From Microcoleus sp. (GTDB lineage: Bacteria; Cyanobacteriota; Cyanobacteriia; Cyanobacteriales; Microcoleaceae), in NCBI GenBank assembly GCA_052279835.1, contig CP181291.1, positions 4,000,001-4,064,000 of the forward strand: DNA of 64,000 nucleotides, given 5' to 3'. Below are positions 33,336-43,030 of this stretch, one piece after another (position 1 is the stretch's first letter; every line of letters starts with the position of its first letter). The notes beneath the pieces are model-generated. The model worked only from the letters and a program-made list of their open reading frames with translations, ran no database searches and was not told where the DNA came from. The translations under genes and the position numbers were made by a program.

Positions 33336-33983
33336 CTAATCTTTAACAACTGCAAAATGTTTATCAAGGATGGCTGGAATTTCCGCAGGTTTGATGCGAC
33401 TGTAGCGAGTTTTGTCTGGCATCACAACTATATTCGGTCCGGCTTTGCACTGTTTGAGACATCCGGTTTTTTGCACAATAACTTCTCCGGCTAAACCGCT
33501 ACAATTTAAAGCATTTTCCAGAGCTTTACATACTGCACCACTGCCGCGCTTCTGGCAGTCAGATTTTTGACATACTAATATTTTGCCTGAGATTTTTGCC
33601 GGAGTTGGCGTGGTTGGAGAGGATGTGGGAGAGTCGATCGCGCGATCGGCTACCAGAATCCCAACAGGTGTATGCTTGGTGTCAACCTCTGGCTGCGAGG
33701 GATGATGCTTGTTGTCTGAAAGTTTAAGGCTATAAGCTTTGAGCTTAACTTTGCCATTTTTCAAGTTTTGCTGTTTCTGTCCAGCCACTTCAACTCTCAA
33801 TCCGGGCTTTAAAACCATAGATACAGAAGCCCGCAATTCCTTGCAAAGTTTCACCAGAAATTCTACTCCGCGATCGCTACCAATTCGCAAATACTTTAAT
33901 TTGTCACCATCTTCAATAATCAGATTCAGTATTTCTCCCTCTAAGCTAAAGTCTGAAACTTGCTTGTAAGACGTATACATCAT
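33336..33983 (-). CDS. Thioredoxin-like (2Fe-2S) ferredoxin domain protein with N-terminal OB-like domain
   Basis: CQKSDC...TGCLKQCKAGPN. Confidence 0.85.
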   Translation of the reverse strand: MMYTSYKQVSDFSLEGEILNLIIEDGDKLKYLRIGSDRGVEFLVKLCKELRASVSMVLKPGLRVEVAGQKQQNLKNGKVKLKAYSLKLSDNKHHPSQPEVDTKHTPVGILVADRAIDSPTSSPTTPTPAKISGKILVCQKSDCQKRGSGAVCKALENALNCSGLAGEVIVQKTGCLKQCKAGPNIVVMPDKTRYSRIKPAEIPAILDKHFAVVKD

Positions 33984-34111
33984 TATTCCTCAGCGGTTGA
34001 CTCTATTCCTAAATTTAGACAACACTAATTTTTTGCATTAAGCATCGTCCCTGAGTGATGTCACCCAGAAGTCTCAGCTCTGAGCTGCGTCTTTTTAGAG
34101 CATAACGCAAC

Positions 34112-34130
34112 TGCTAATAATTCTCAATAG
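34112..34130. promoter_or_regulatory. Possible Fur box upstream of the 2Fe-2S gene
   Basis: tgctaataattctcaatag resembles GATAATNATT(A/C)TC-type boxes; context is an Fe-S gene. Confidence 0.35.
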
Positions 34131-34222
34131 AATTGGTAAAAAATTTTTCCTAATTTGCAAAATCTGCCAATACCGCTAGACCCCGCTTCAAACACTCGCC
34201 TATATTAACGTAACGATCCGCT

Positions 34223-34262
34223 TCTCTTCCTTCGCGCCCTTCGCGCCTTCGCGGTTCGTTAA
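34223..34262. repeat. Solo copy of the GxxExxY-associated inverted-repeat end
   Basis: Reverse complement ttaacgaaccgcgaaggcgcgaagggcgcgaaggaagag matches the ends at 11744/11932/12113. Confidence 0.8.
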
Positions 34263-34272
34263 TCTTCGCTCT

Positions 34273-34310
34273 AAAAAAAAGCGAACAGCCTGGTGACTGC
34301 CCGCTTTTTT
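34273..34310 (-). terminator. Terminator after chlP
   Basis: aaaaaaaagcgaacag...ctgcccgcttttttt. Confidence 0.6.
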
Positions 34311-34331
34311 ATACAAAGTGAGTTAAGTTAG

Positions 34332-35552
34332 TTAAGGCGCCAAAGCATTGCCGCGTAACAAACTACCAATAGTTTTAGCAGTAATCTTCATTTGGATGAA
34401 AGGATTTGCCGGCACTACAGTCTTATACAAATAGCTATCGAATGTGAGTTTCTGCACATCGCGATCGGCACACATTTCCACAAAAGCTTCGCGAGTAGCA
34501 TCAGAACGGTAGAACACCCGTTGCAAAATGTCAAGCACCTTGTAAGTAATCCCGTAAGCTTTATCCCACCGCTTCAAATAAAGCTTGATTTCCTGTTCCG
34601 TAGGAATACGCGCGCCTTTATTGGAAATTTCCACAATAGTTTCAGCGCACATCCGGCCAGACTTCGCAGCAAAATAGATACCTTCGCCCGAAGACTTGGT
34701 AACATAACCAGCGGCATCGCCGACGAGAGCAACTCGGCCGACAACCCGGCGGGGACGCGGATGTTCGGGGATGGGGTGAGCTTCCACTTTAATAATCTCA
34801 CCGCCCATGAGTCTTTTGGCAGCGCGGGCGCGAACTCCTGCTTGCAGCTTTTTGATACTGGCTTGATTGACTTTCATCGTGCCGGTACCGACGGCTACGT
34901 GGTCGTATTTAGGGAATACCCAAGCGTAGAAGTCGGTAGAGACGTCATCGCCGACGTACATTTCGGCTAAGTCGTGGTAGTAAGCCATTTTATCTTCCGG
35001 CAGGCGGATGCGTTCTTGGAAGGCGATCGCATAATTGTAATCACCAGCATCGATCGCCTTGGCTACGCGGGAGTTAGCACCATCAGCCCCAATCACCAAA
35101 TCCACCTTCAGAGTTTTCTGAACTCCCATGGCACTGCCGTTGGAGTGGTCGGCATAGTGGAGTGTGTAGGGGTCTGTATTGTTGGCGGGAATCTCTAATT
35201 TATGAACAGTGCCATTAATCAGTTTGGCACCCAAGGAAGCGGCGCGATCGCGCAGGAAGCCATCGAGCACTTCCCGGCGGCACATACCGATGTATTCGTG
35301 GGCGTTTTCAATATTGATGTCCACCTCTACATTGGAGGGGGAAATCATCTTCATTTTTCTGACTTGGCGGTCTATAATGCTTTGCGGCAAGTCAAATTCC
35401 TGTACCATGCACAGAGGAATTGCCCCGCCACAGGGTTTGGCGTAGTCTAATTTGCGCTCGAATAGGTATGTTTCGATTCCTGCTTTTACGAGTGTTTCGG
35501 CGGCGGAAGAACCCGCAGGGCCTGAACCTACTACTGCAACCCTTAGTGTCAA
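34332..35552 (-). CDS. chlP: Geranylgeranyl reductase
   Basis: LRVAVVGSGPAG, AKPCGGAIP, GADGANSR, SGEGIYFA; TTG start with GGGGAG RBS. Confidence 0.97.
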   Translation of the reverse strand: MTLRVAVVGSGPAGSSAAETLVKAGIETYLFERKLDYAKPCGGAIPLCMVQEFDLPQSIIDRQVRKMKMISPSNVEVDINIENAHEYIGMCRREVLDGFLRDRAASLGAKLINGTVHKLEIPANNTDPYTLHYADHSNGSAMGVQKTLKVDLVIGADGANSRVAKAIDAGDYNYAIAFQERIRLPEDKMAYYHDLAEMYVGDDVSTDFYAWVFPKYDHVAVGTGTMKVNQASIKKLQAGVRARAAKRLMGGEIIKVEAHPIPEHPRPRRVVGRVALVGDAAGYVTKSSGEGIYFAAKSGRMCAETIVEISNKGARIPTEQEIKLYLKRWDKAYGITYKVLDILQRVFYRSDATREAFVEMCADRDVQKLTFDSYLYKTVVPANPFIQMKITAKTIGSLLRGNALAP

Positions 35553-35782
35553 AGTTTTTCTCCCCAGTTTTTTTCTATAGGCATTATTCATGTGTGATGG
35601 TATCACGGACTTTCGATGCGGTGGGGTTACGGAGGGCAGATTTAAACGAAATGCAACAGAGCTTAACAGTTCGATACGAAAATCGGGTTTGAGGCGGTAA
35701 ATTCCATGGAACTTATTAAATTTTTCAGTGATTTGGAAGAGGGATGGACGTTGATGTGCGATCGAACTATTGTCAAAAAGTC

Positions 35783-35950
35783 GTAGGGGCGGGTTTTACC
35801 AACCCTCAGCGCCTCAAACTAACAATCTCATAAACCCGCCCCGGCTGAGATGTTGCACCAATAATGTCAATTGGGGATTTTTAGTGGGGTGGGGCGAGTT
35901 TATTTTAATTGTTGGTGAGAGTTAGAGATGGTTGGTGAACCCGCCCCTAC
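35783..35950. repeat. GTAG-type REP doublet (REPIN-like)
   Basis: Starts gtaggggcgggtt, ends aacccgcccctac, with two internal long hairpins. Confidence 0.8.
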
Positions 35951-36026
35951 TTCACACGAATGGTGCAACTGAGAACCAATGCAATAAGTTACATTTAAGT
36001 TAATTGCACTTATATCTAAAATTCTT

Positions 36027-36416
36027 ATGCTCGGTAATTTTCAACAAAGCAACCTGCGGATCGAGCTCGAAGCTTCCGAAACAGCGATTAGAGACAGCTT
36101 GCTGCGTCCAGCTCAATTGCAGCAATGGCTGTGGCCGCAACAGTTGTCTAAAGGTTTGCCAGAAGAATTTACTACAGGTTTGACATTTACAAGTTGGCTG
36201 GGCCCGGTGGCTGTTGAGCACCATGTTGATATTGCTGAGCCGAATTGCCTGCGCCTGTTATTGAGTCAGGGAATTGACGGATTTCACGAGTGGTATTGGG
36301 GCGAAGGTTGGGTGCAGTCTCGGTTGGAGGGAGTGTCGCTGCTGCCGCTGAATTTGGGACAAACGGCTAGTTTGCTGCGGCTGCGGGAGTTTGTCACCAA
36401 GGGTAAGGGGAAGTAG
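36027..36416 (+). CDS. Conserved cyanobacterial hypothetical protein (SRPBCC-like)
   Basis: GIDGFHEWYWGEGWVQSRLEGVS. Confidence 0.7.
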   Translation: MLGNFQQSNLRIELEASETAIRDSLLRPAQLQQWLWPQQLSKGLPEEFTTGLTFTSWLGPVAVEHHVDIAEPNCLRLLLSQGIDGFHEWYWGEGWVQSRLEGVSLLPLNLGQTASLLRLREFVTKGKGK

Positions 36417-36572
36417 ACTTTCTACTCATCTAAGCAAAATTCCCTATTTCTTAGTCCCCCTCTGCTGGGACTTTTTTTTTGTAGACGCGGTTTCAACCGC
36501 CGAGTCTTTGTTTTTGTAGACGGGGTTTCAACCGCCAAGATTATTTTTGCTGCTGCGTAAATATATTGAGTT

Positions 36573-36676
36573 ATACCAATTTCATAAAGTAGCGCTACAT
36601 ATCTACCCCCCCAACCCCCCCTTACGAAGGGGGGGCTAAGAAGTACATCTGTAGTAGGAATTTATGAAAATGGTAT
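36573..36676. mobile_element. 104-bp MITE with 16-bp TIRs and an internal C6/G7 hairpin
   Basis: ataccaatttcataaa ... tttatgaaaatggtat; internal ccccccttacgaaggggggg. Confidence 0.7.
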
Positions 36677-36764
36677 TATTAAGCCAATTTGCTTAGTCTT
36701 TTTAGACATATTGCCGATGCGCTCGATTCGAGAAACTAATAATATTTTTCTATCGATCGCACGG

Positions 36765-37055
36765 TATGTGTAAAGTTTTTTTACAAAACGCATAAAAACT
36801 GCATAAAAACTCCGACGCACTCCAGATAAATAAGTAGCGGCGGAAGTTGATGCGAGTTGAACTCATACTTTATGTGAAGTTTTTTTACAAAACGCATAAA
36901 AACTGCATAAAAACTCCGACGCACTCCAGATAAATAAGTAGCGGCGGAAAGTTCAGCAAGTGTGACCCACACCCTGTGTGAAGTTTTATTACAAAACGCA
37001 TAAAAACTGCATAAAAACTCCGGCGCACTCCAGATACATAAATATCAGGCCAAAG
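36765..37055 (+). repeat. Three direct ~105-bp repeats immediately upstream of the giant hydrolase gene
   Basis: Core ttacaaaacgcataaaaactgcataaaaactccg(a/g)cgcactccagata in units starting 36765, 36871, 36975. Confidence 0.92.
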
Positions 37056-37079
37056 TTATCAGATTAATAGAGGTGCATC

Positions 37080-40000
37080 ATGTCTAATATATCGATCGGC
37101 AATCTGGGCGACAACTATATCTCCATCGACTTCGCCGGAAAAACTGACCCCACAGACACCTATCGTTTTAATCGACTCAATCCCGGCAACTTTCGAGTCA
37201 CTGCTCAAGGATTTAGTTCCATTGTCGGGATGCAACTCCTAGACAGTCAGGGAAAAGTCGTCAAAGATATTGAAACCAACGGCACAAATTCGGGAACATT
37301 TAGCATCGATAATTTGGGTGCAACCAATTATGCACTCAAAATTTCTGCACCTTCGGGCGATACCAATTATCAAGTCAGTTTAACACCAGACGGCAAAGTT
37401 GACCCGCTGACAGGTTTAGGCGTTATCTCCGGTTATTTCACACCAGATTCAACGGGTCAAGTGGGCTTTGACTGGCTGCACGACGGCGGCAATTATCAAG
37501 GTGAAGTTGCGATTTTTAGCGTGCAGGGAATGGAGAATTTCGATCCTGGTTCTGAGGAATTCATCAAAGAATCAGCAAGACGAGCTCTGAGCAATTCTTT
37601 ATTCGGTCACGTCGTAATTTCTGACTCCATAGAAGGTGCAAATCCCCTATTTAACGGCAGTTTAGGAGAGGCGAATTATAACCAAGGACAGTACAGCGGT
37701 CCGAAAACATTTCTGATGAAACCGGGAGAGCCTTTTGCGGTGATGTTGGTGCCAAATGGGACTGTGCAAGATGTCTTTAATAATCCCGATGCTGATGGCG
37801 AAAAACGGCCACTGTTTTCCTTGTCTAGCCTGAATCCAGATGATGCTTTGCTAGAGGGTCAAGTAGCAGATGTCACTGGCAATGGTAAGGCATTTGCGAT
37901 GGAAGATCAGCGGGTTGATGAAGGTTCGGATAAAGATTACAACGATTTGGTTTTCAATTTGACTGGTGCGACGGGAAAAGCAGCAGCAATAGAGAAAGTT
38001 ATCGATCCAAAGAAAGATTGGACGAAGCTTGATGGTGGCAAAAAATTGATCGATTATGTCAAATCTAAACTGCCGACAGACATAAAGCCACCGGTAGCTG
38101 TAACGCCAACTGTGGAAACAAAACCACCAGTAACTGTAACGCCAACTGTGGAAACAAAACCAGCGGTTGAGACAAAACCACCCGTAGCTGTAACGCCAAC
38201 TGTGGAAACAAAACCACCGGTAGCTGTAACGCCAACTGTGGAAACAAAACCGCCAGTTGAGACAAAACCAACGGTAGCTGTAACGCCAACTGTGGAAACA
38301 AAACCAACGGTAGCTGTAACACCAACTGTGGAAACAAAACCGCCAGTTGCGACAACTTCACCCGTAGCTGTAACGCCAACTGTGGAAACAAAACCAACGG
38401 TAGCTGTAACACCAACTGTGGAAACAAAACCGCCAGTTGCGACAACTTCACCCGTAGCTGTAACGCCAACTGTGGAAACAAAACCGCCAGTTGCGACAAC
38501 TTCACCCGTAGCTGTAACGCCAACTGTGGAAACAAAACCGCCAGTTGAGACAAAACCAACGGTAGCTGTAACGCCAACTGTGGAAACAAAACCACCGGTA
38601 GCTGTAACGCCAACTGTGGAAACAAAACCGCCAGTTGCGACAACTTCACCCGTAACAACCCCACCAGTACCTGTAACACCGCCAACGCTACCTGTGATTA
38701 AACCACCGGTGGCTGTAACTCCGCCTGTTACAACAACACCATCTGTTACAACAACGCCACCTGTGGATGAACCCCAACCTTCGGTTATAGTTGAACCGCC
38801 TGTTGAGTCGAAACCAATTATTCAGCCGACGCCTTTTATCGGCATCATCGATACTGGATTTGCGCCGAACAATCCCGATTTGGATTATTCTAAGGTGACA
38901 TTGGGGCGCGATCGCATTGACAAAGACAGCAATCCTTTGTTTACTGCCGGTACTGGTAACGAACATGGCACTTTTAACTGGGGTTTAGTTAGTGCGATTC
39001 AAGGGAATGATAAAGGCATTGATGGCTACAATGATAAGGCCAATGTGTATCTAAGTCGGGCGATTGGTTCTGGGGAATGGGATTTAGCTTTAACTGATTT
39101 TGTGAGTGAAGCGAAAGGACAAAAGCAGAAGAATGCGATCGCACTTTTGCCCCTCGATTTAACTCAAAAGAATGCTGACGGAACCATTACCACTCGTTAC
39201 GAGTTTACCAACCGAGAACGTGCTGCATTAGAAAATGCGCGTCAGAATGGAGTGCTGTTAGTTGTAGCGGCTGGAAATGACGGCGGTGTGATGTCGGTTT
39301 TGGGTCAATCTTCCCAGGAGTTTGAGAATATTATCACGGTTGGTTCCTCTGATGGATTTGGGCGATCGGATTATTCCAGCTACGGCTACGGTTTGGATAT
39401 TTTAGTGCCCGGAGGTGCGATCGAAAATCCGACTTTATCGACTGTGGGCGACGATATTGGCACGATGTCGGGAACTTCGGCATCCGCAGCTAAGGCGGCG
39501 GGGATGGCGTCTAAGGTTTGGGAGAGTAATCCCGATTTGAGTGTGACTCAAGTGATTGACATTTTGACCGGAAGTGCGATCGATTTGAAGGAGCCCGGAT
39601 GGGATCAGGAAACGGGTTTTGGGGTGGTGAATTTGAATAAAGCTGTGCAAGTGGCGAAGGATACAAAGCCGCAAAGTTACACGCCGAGTCCTTTCTTAAG
39701 TCCGACAACTTGGGGTTTAGAAGGAAAAGTTACGCCTTGGGAAAGAGCGCTGAATTTTAATGGTTCGACAGATTCTAGTAAAACTGCTGTCCAGATTAAC
39801 GGTGGTGTTAATATTCGTCCCGCAGCTAATACTGCCGGTGCTGCTGTTGGTAAAGTTAGTCCTGGAGTACAACTGGAATTTGATTACAAGACTACAGGCG
39901 AATTATATAACGATCCTAACGGACAAGGTAGCAGCAATCAATGGTATCACCTAGCCGATGGTCGCGGTTTTATGTCTGGTGTGTACATCACCAATGTGAA

Positions 40001-41549
40001 AGATATCCCATCTGCACCTCCAACCAATCCAGGTACAACCAATCCAGGTACAACCAATCCAGGTACAACCAATCCAGGTACAACCAATCCAGTTATCACC
40101 AATCCAGTTGTCACCAATCCAGTTGTCACCAATCCAGTTATCACCAATCCACCACCTAGTTCAATTTCTCTCAACGGACGCACCATTGGTGGCAATTTCT
40201 ATCCAGTTTTTCAGAATTATAAAGGAACGCTGGGCAATCCGACTTCCGATGTAATCACTGCTGGTGGTGTCAGCTATCAACTATTTGATAAAGGGTCAAT
40301 TGTTAGCAGTAAAAATGGAACTTTCCCACTTTATGGTGCTATCCGTCAGGAATTCTTGAAAACAGGTGGCTTGGATGGCTGGTTGGGCGCTCCTAAGAGT
40401 GAGGAAAAGGGATTAGGCAATGGAAATATCATCCAATACTTTGACAATGGTTACATTTATTGGAATGGTAGTAAGGCAACGGCTTACAAAGGTGAATTCA
40501 AGGAGGTATCCACAGTTCAAAAGCCGAGTAATACTCCTATTCAGTCTTCAGGATCTGGGGTAAACTCACCTATTCTAACCGCACAAGACTTAGCGAATTC
40601 ATGGCGAAATTTGCCTGAGTATACCTCAAAAAACCCGTTTCCTGATAAAGGGCAAAACTGTACGTGGTACGCTCACGGTCGTATGCTCCAGTTAGGTTAC
40701 AGTAAGACCGCTTTGGATACCATGTTAAGTAATGCTGGTACATGGGATAACACTGCTCGAAATGGTGCAACAGTATCAAATACCGCTCAAGCTCCTTCTA
40801 TTGCTGTGTGGGAGCCTGGGGTAGGTGGTGCAGGGGCAGTAGGTCATGTGGCTGTAGTTGAGCGAGTTAATGCAGATGGTTCAATTGTGATTTCTGAATC
40901 TAACTGGAACAATACTCAATACAACACTCGTACTATTACTCGGAACGATTCGCACTGGCCAAGTGAATTTGTCATAGTTCCTCGCGATGGTTCTTCAAGT
41001 AGTGGAGGGAGTGGCAATCAAATAGGAGGAGGTAGCACAGGTTCGATAGAATATGGTTCTTATGTTCCTCAATCTCAGTATGTTACTCCTGAGTTTCTGA
41101 AAAAAGTCTCAAACATTTCAAAAAATTTAGGTGTACCTGCTGAGTATCTTATGGCGGCAATGGGGTTTGAGACTGGTGGTACTTACTCTCCAAAGATAGT
41201 CAATTCTATTGGTGCTACAGGGTTAATCCAATTTATACCAAGCACGGCGCAAGGTTTAGGTACTTCAACGCAAGCTTTAGCGAACATGAGTGCTATTCAA
41301 CAACTTGATTATGTTGAAAAGTATTTCTCGCCTTACAAAGGTCGTCTTAAATCTTTATCTGACGTGTATATGGCTGTTCTTTGGCCAGCAGCAATTGGTA
41401 AAAACAACGACCAGTCTCTTTGGCCTCAAGGGACACTCGAGTACACGCAGAATAGTGGACTCGATCTGAATAAGAATGGTGTCGTTACGGTGGGAGAAGC
41501 AACTACTCTTGTAAGAAAGTATTTGCCCAATCAAAGTCTATTTGCATAG
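37080..41549 (+). CDS. Giant multidomain protein: PPC-like, DUF4114-like, Pro/Thr stalk, S8 peptidase, SH3-like, LGFP-like, CHAP, lysozyme-like transglycosylase
   Basis: AMEDQ..SDKDYNDLVF; IIDTG/HGT/AAGN/SGTS; VNIR..QWYHL; GWLGAPKSEE; NCTWY/GHVAVVE/SESNW; GFETGG/GATGLIQF. Confidence 0.85.
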   Translation: MSNISIGNLGDNYISIDFAGKTDPTDTYRFNRLNPGNFRVTAQGFSSIVGMQLLDSQGKVVKDIETNGTNSGTFSIDNLGATNYALKISAPSGDTNYQVSLTPDGKVDPLTGLGVISGYFTPDSTGQVGFDWLHDGGNYQGEVAIFSVQGMENFDPGSEEFIKESARRALSNSLFGHVVISDSIEGANPLFNGSLGEANYNQGQYSGPKTFLMKPGEPFAVMLVPNGTVQDVFNNPDADGEKRPLFSLSSLNPDDALLEGQVADVTGNGKAFAMEDQRVDEGSDKDYNDLVFNLTGATGKAAAIEKVIDPKKDWTKLDGGKKLIDYVKSKLPTDIKPPVAVTPTVETKPPVTVTPTVETKPAVETKPPVAVTPTVETKPPVAVTPTVETKPPVETKPTVAVTPTVETKPTVAVTPTVETKPPVATTSPVAVTPTVETKPTVAVTPTVETKPPVATTSPVAVTPTVETKPPVATTSPVAVTPTVETKPPVETKPTVAVTPTVETKPPVAVTPTVETKPPVATTSPVTTPPVPVTPPTLPVIKPPVAVTPPVTTTPSVTTTPPVDEPQPSVIVEPPVESKPIIQPTPFIGIIDTGFAPNNPDLDYSKVTLGRDRIDKDSNPLFTAGTGNEHGTFNWGLVSAIQGNDKGIDGYNDKANVYLSRAIGSGEWDLALTDFVSEAKGQKQKNAIALLPLDLTQKNADGTITTRYEFTNRERAALENARQNGVLLVVAAGNDGGVMSVLGQSSQEFENIITVGSSDGFGRSDYSSYGYGLDILVPGGAIENPTLSTVGDDIGTMSGTSASAAKAAGMASKVWESNPDLSVTQVIDILTGSAIDLKEPGWDQETGFGVVNLNKAVQVAKDTKPQSYTPSPFLSPTTWGLEGKVTPWERALNFNGSTDSSKTAVQINGGVNIRPAANTAGAAVGKVSPGVQLEFDYKTTGELYNDPNGQGSSNQWYHLADGRGFMSGVYITNVKDIPSAPPTNPGTTNPGTTNPGTTNPGTTNPVITNPVVTNPVVTNPVITNPPPSSISLNGRTIGGNFYPVFQNYKGTLGNPTSDVITAGGVSYQLFDKGSIVSSKNGTFPLYGAIRQEFLKTGGLDGWLGAPKSEEKGLGNGNIIQYFDNGYIYWNGSKATAYKGEFKEVSTVQKPSNTPIQSSGSGVNSPILTAQDLANSWRNLPEYTSKNPFPDKGQNCTWYAHGRMLQLGYSKTALDTMLSNAGTWDNTARNGATVSNTAQAPSIAVWEPGVGGAGAVGHVAVVERVNADGSIVISESNWNNTQYNTRTITRNDSHWPSEFVIVPRDGSSSSGGSGNQIGGGSTGSIEYGSYVPQSQYVTPEFLKKVSNISKNLGVPAEYLMAAMGFETGGTYSPKIVNSIGATGLIQFIPSTAQGLGTSTQALANMSAIQQLDYVEKYFSPYKGRLKSLSDVYMAVLWPAAIGKNNDQSLWPQGTLEYTQNSGLDLNKNGVVTVGEATTLVRKYLPNQSLFA
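38085..38660 (+). repeat. Coding tandem repeats (VAVTPTVETKPP and variants)
   Basis: gtagctgtaacgccaactgtggaaacaaaacc repeated more than 10 times. Confidence 0.9.
40022..40150 (+). repeat. Coding 15-bp repeats (TNPGT)4 then (TNPVI/V)4
   Basis: accaatccaggtaca and accaatccagtt(a/g)tc units. Confidence 0.9.
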
Positions 41550-41571
41550 AAAGGATTTATCTTTTCTAAAA

Positions 41572-41780
41572 TAGAGTCGCCCTTTCTCTCCCAGATTCAG
41601 AAAGGCGATCGCCCATCATTCATCAATCATGGCGATCGCCCTTCTTACATCCGCGTTAATCTGCGTCCATCTGCGGTCAAAAAAGAGCGATCGCCCTTTC
41701 TAATAATTCAGAAGGGCGATCCCATCATTAATCAATCATGGCGATCGCCCTTCCTTTTTGAAGAGCGATCGCCCTTTTTT
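41572..41780. repeat. HIP1-capped hairpin repeat cluster 1 of the toxin array
   Basis: gcgatcgccctttctaataattcagaagggcgatc plus aatcaatcatggcgatcgccc. Confidence 0.88.
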
Positions 41781-41852
41781 AACTATCCGAATTGCATCAA
41801 CTCAGAAGTCATGCTATAATTTGCTTATACATTAATTTCACGATCGATACCC

Positions 41853-42152
41853 TTGGATTATAACTTTGATTGGAATATAGCCAAAGAAAAGCAAAATATT
41901 CGCAAGCATCAATTAAATTTTCGTTTGGCTTCAACTATTTTCCGCGATCCTTATCAATTAACAATCTATGATGAAGAACACAGTCAAGATGAAGATAGAT
42001 GGATTACCATAGGTTTAGATGAAACAGGCATTTTCAGGCTGGTTGTCCATACTTTTGAACAAACTGATAGCTCCTCCTGTATCATTCGGATTATTTCCGC
42101 TCGGAAAGCTACTTTCACTGAGACACAATATTATCAACAGAGAAAATTATGA
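41853..42152 (+). CDS. BrnT family toxin
   Basis: FDWNIAK..NIRKH, HSQDEDRWITIG, IRIISARKAT. Confidence 0.9.
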   Translation: MDYNFDWNIAKEKQNIRKHQLNFRLASTIFRDPYQLTIYDEEHSQDEDRWITIGLDETGIFRLVVHTFEQTDSSSCIIRIISARKATFTETQYYQQRKL

Positions 42153-42349
42153 AATCAGAGTATGATTTTTCTGCGTCAGAACAAGGCAAGTTTTACCATC
42201 CTGATGCTACGTTTCATTATCCGATTTATCTCGAAGCTGATGTCGAGCAGTTTGTGACTAAAATTGCTGAACATAAAAATATTGACGTTCAAGTTTTGGT
42301 CAATGAATGGCTGAGGAATAACATTAAATTAATTCAAAGTATTGAGTAG
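42149..42349 (+). CDS. BrnA/CopG-like antitoxin
   Basis: MKSEYDFS..QGKFY, ATGA overlap with brnT. Confidence 0.8.
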   Translation: MKSEYDFSASEQGKFYHPDATFHYPIYLEADVEQFVTKIAEHKNIDVQVLVNEWLRNNIKLIQSIE

Positions 42350-42394
42350 GTTAGAAACTCGGTTGCTTTGAGAAACTATGAACTTTCAATAAAT

Positions 42395-42606
42395 AAAGAG
42401 CGATCGCCCTTTCTCTGTCAAATTCAAAAAGGCGAGCCCATAATTCATCCAACGATCGATCGCCCTTCTTACATCCGCGTTAATCTGCGTCCATCTGCGG
42501 TCAAAAAAGAGCGATCGCCCTTTCTAACAATTCAGAAGGGCGATCGCTCGTTTTATAATCAATCATGGCGATCGCCCTTCTAATAATTCAGAAGGGCGAT
42601 CGCTCA
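42395..42606. repeat. HIP1-capped hairpin repeat cluster 2
   Basis: Same motifs and orientation as 41572-41780. Confidence 0.88.
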
Positions 42607-42697
42607 TCATACAATAATCCCGCTGTTATCTTGTATATCTTTTAGTAAAAAAGCCTAAAACATGGCATAATCAATATATTTTATATCCGCTCAATTT

Positions 42698-43030
42698 ATG
42701 ACCGGAATCAACCGCGAACTAAGCATCGACACCAAACACATTGCTAAACATCTACCCGACACTTCTGAAATGCAAAAGCTACTCAAACAAGAAGGTAGCG
42801 TTCATGTGTTTAACGATCGAGCTACAATGGAAATGGTAGCTCAAGCTATTATTGCCAAGGTCGAGTTGATAGGCGTAATTCGCGGTCACGAGCGTTATGG
42901 TCTCTATTTTCCTGACCCCATTGGCTACAGACTTGACAGCAACAATAGTAGAATACCACTTAAATATGGAGAAATTAAAATCAAAGGAGATAAATACCAT
43001 GTCATCCCCAGAACTAAACCTAGCCGATAA
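42698..43030 (+). CDS. Putative ribonuclease toxin (EndoU/polymorphic-toxin-like, KH...HVIP)
   Basis: KHIAKH near the N-terminus, PIGY, C-terminal YHVIP; overlaps a small acidic partner. Confidence 0.55.
   Translation: MTGINRELSIDTKHIAKHLPDTSEMQKLLKQEGSVHVFNDRATMEMVAQAIIAKVELIGVIRGHERYGLYFPDPIGYRLDSNNSRIPLKYGEIKIKGDKYHVIPRTKPSR

Noticed and set aside
36765..37055. Possible CRISPR array
   Set aside because: Repeats are ~80 bp, non-palindromic, only three copies, and no cas genes are present.
38065..38685. 206-aa LAVLFPQ repeat ORF on the - strand
   Set aside because: Antisense shadow of the VTPTVETKP repeats.
42368..42583. 71-aa ORF between TA modules
   Set aside because: Lies almost entirely in the HIP1 hairpin repeat cluster.
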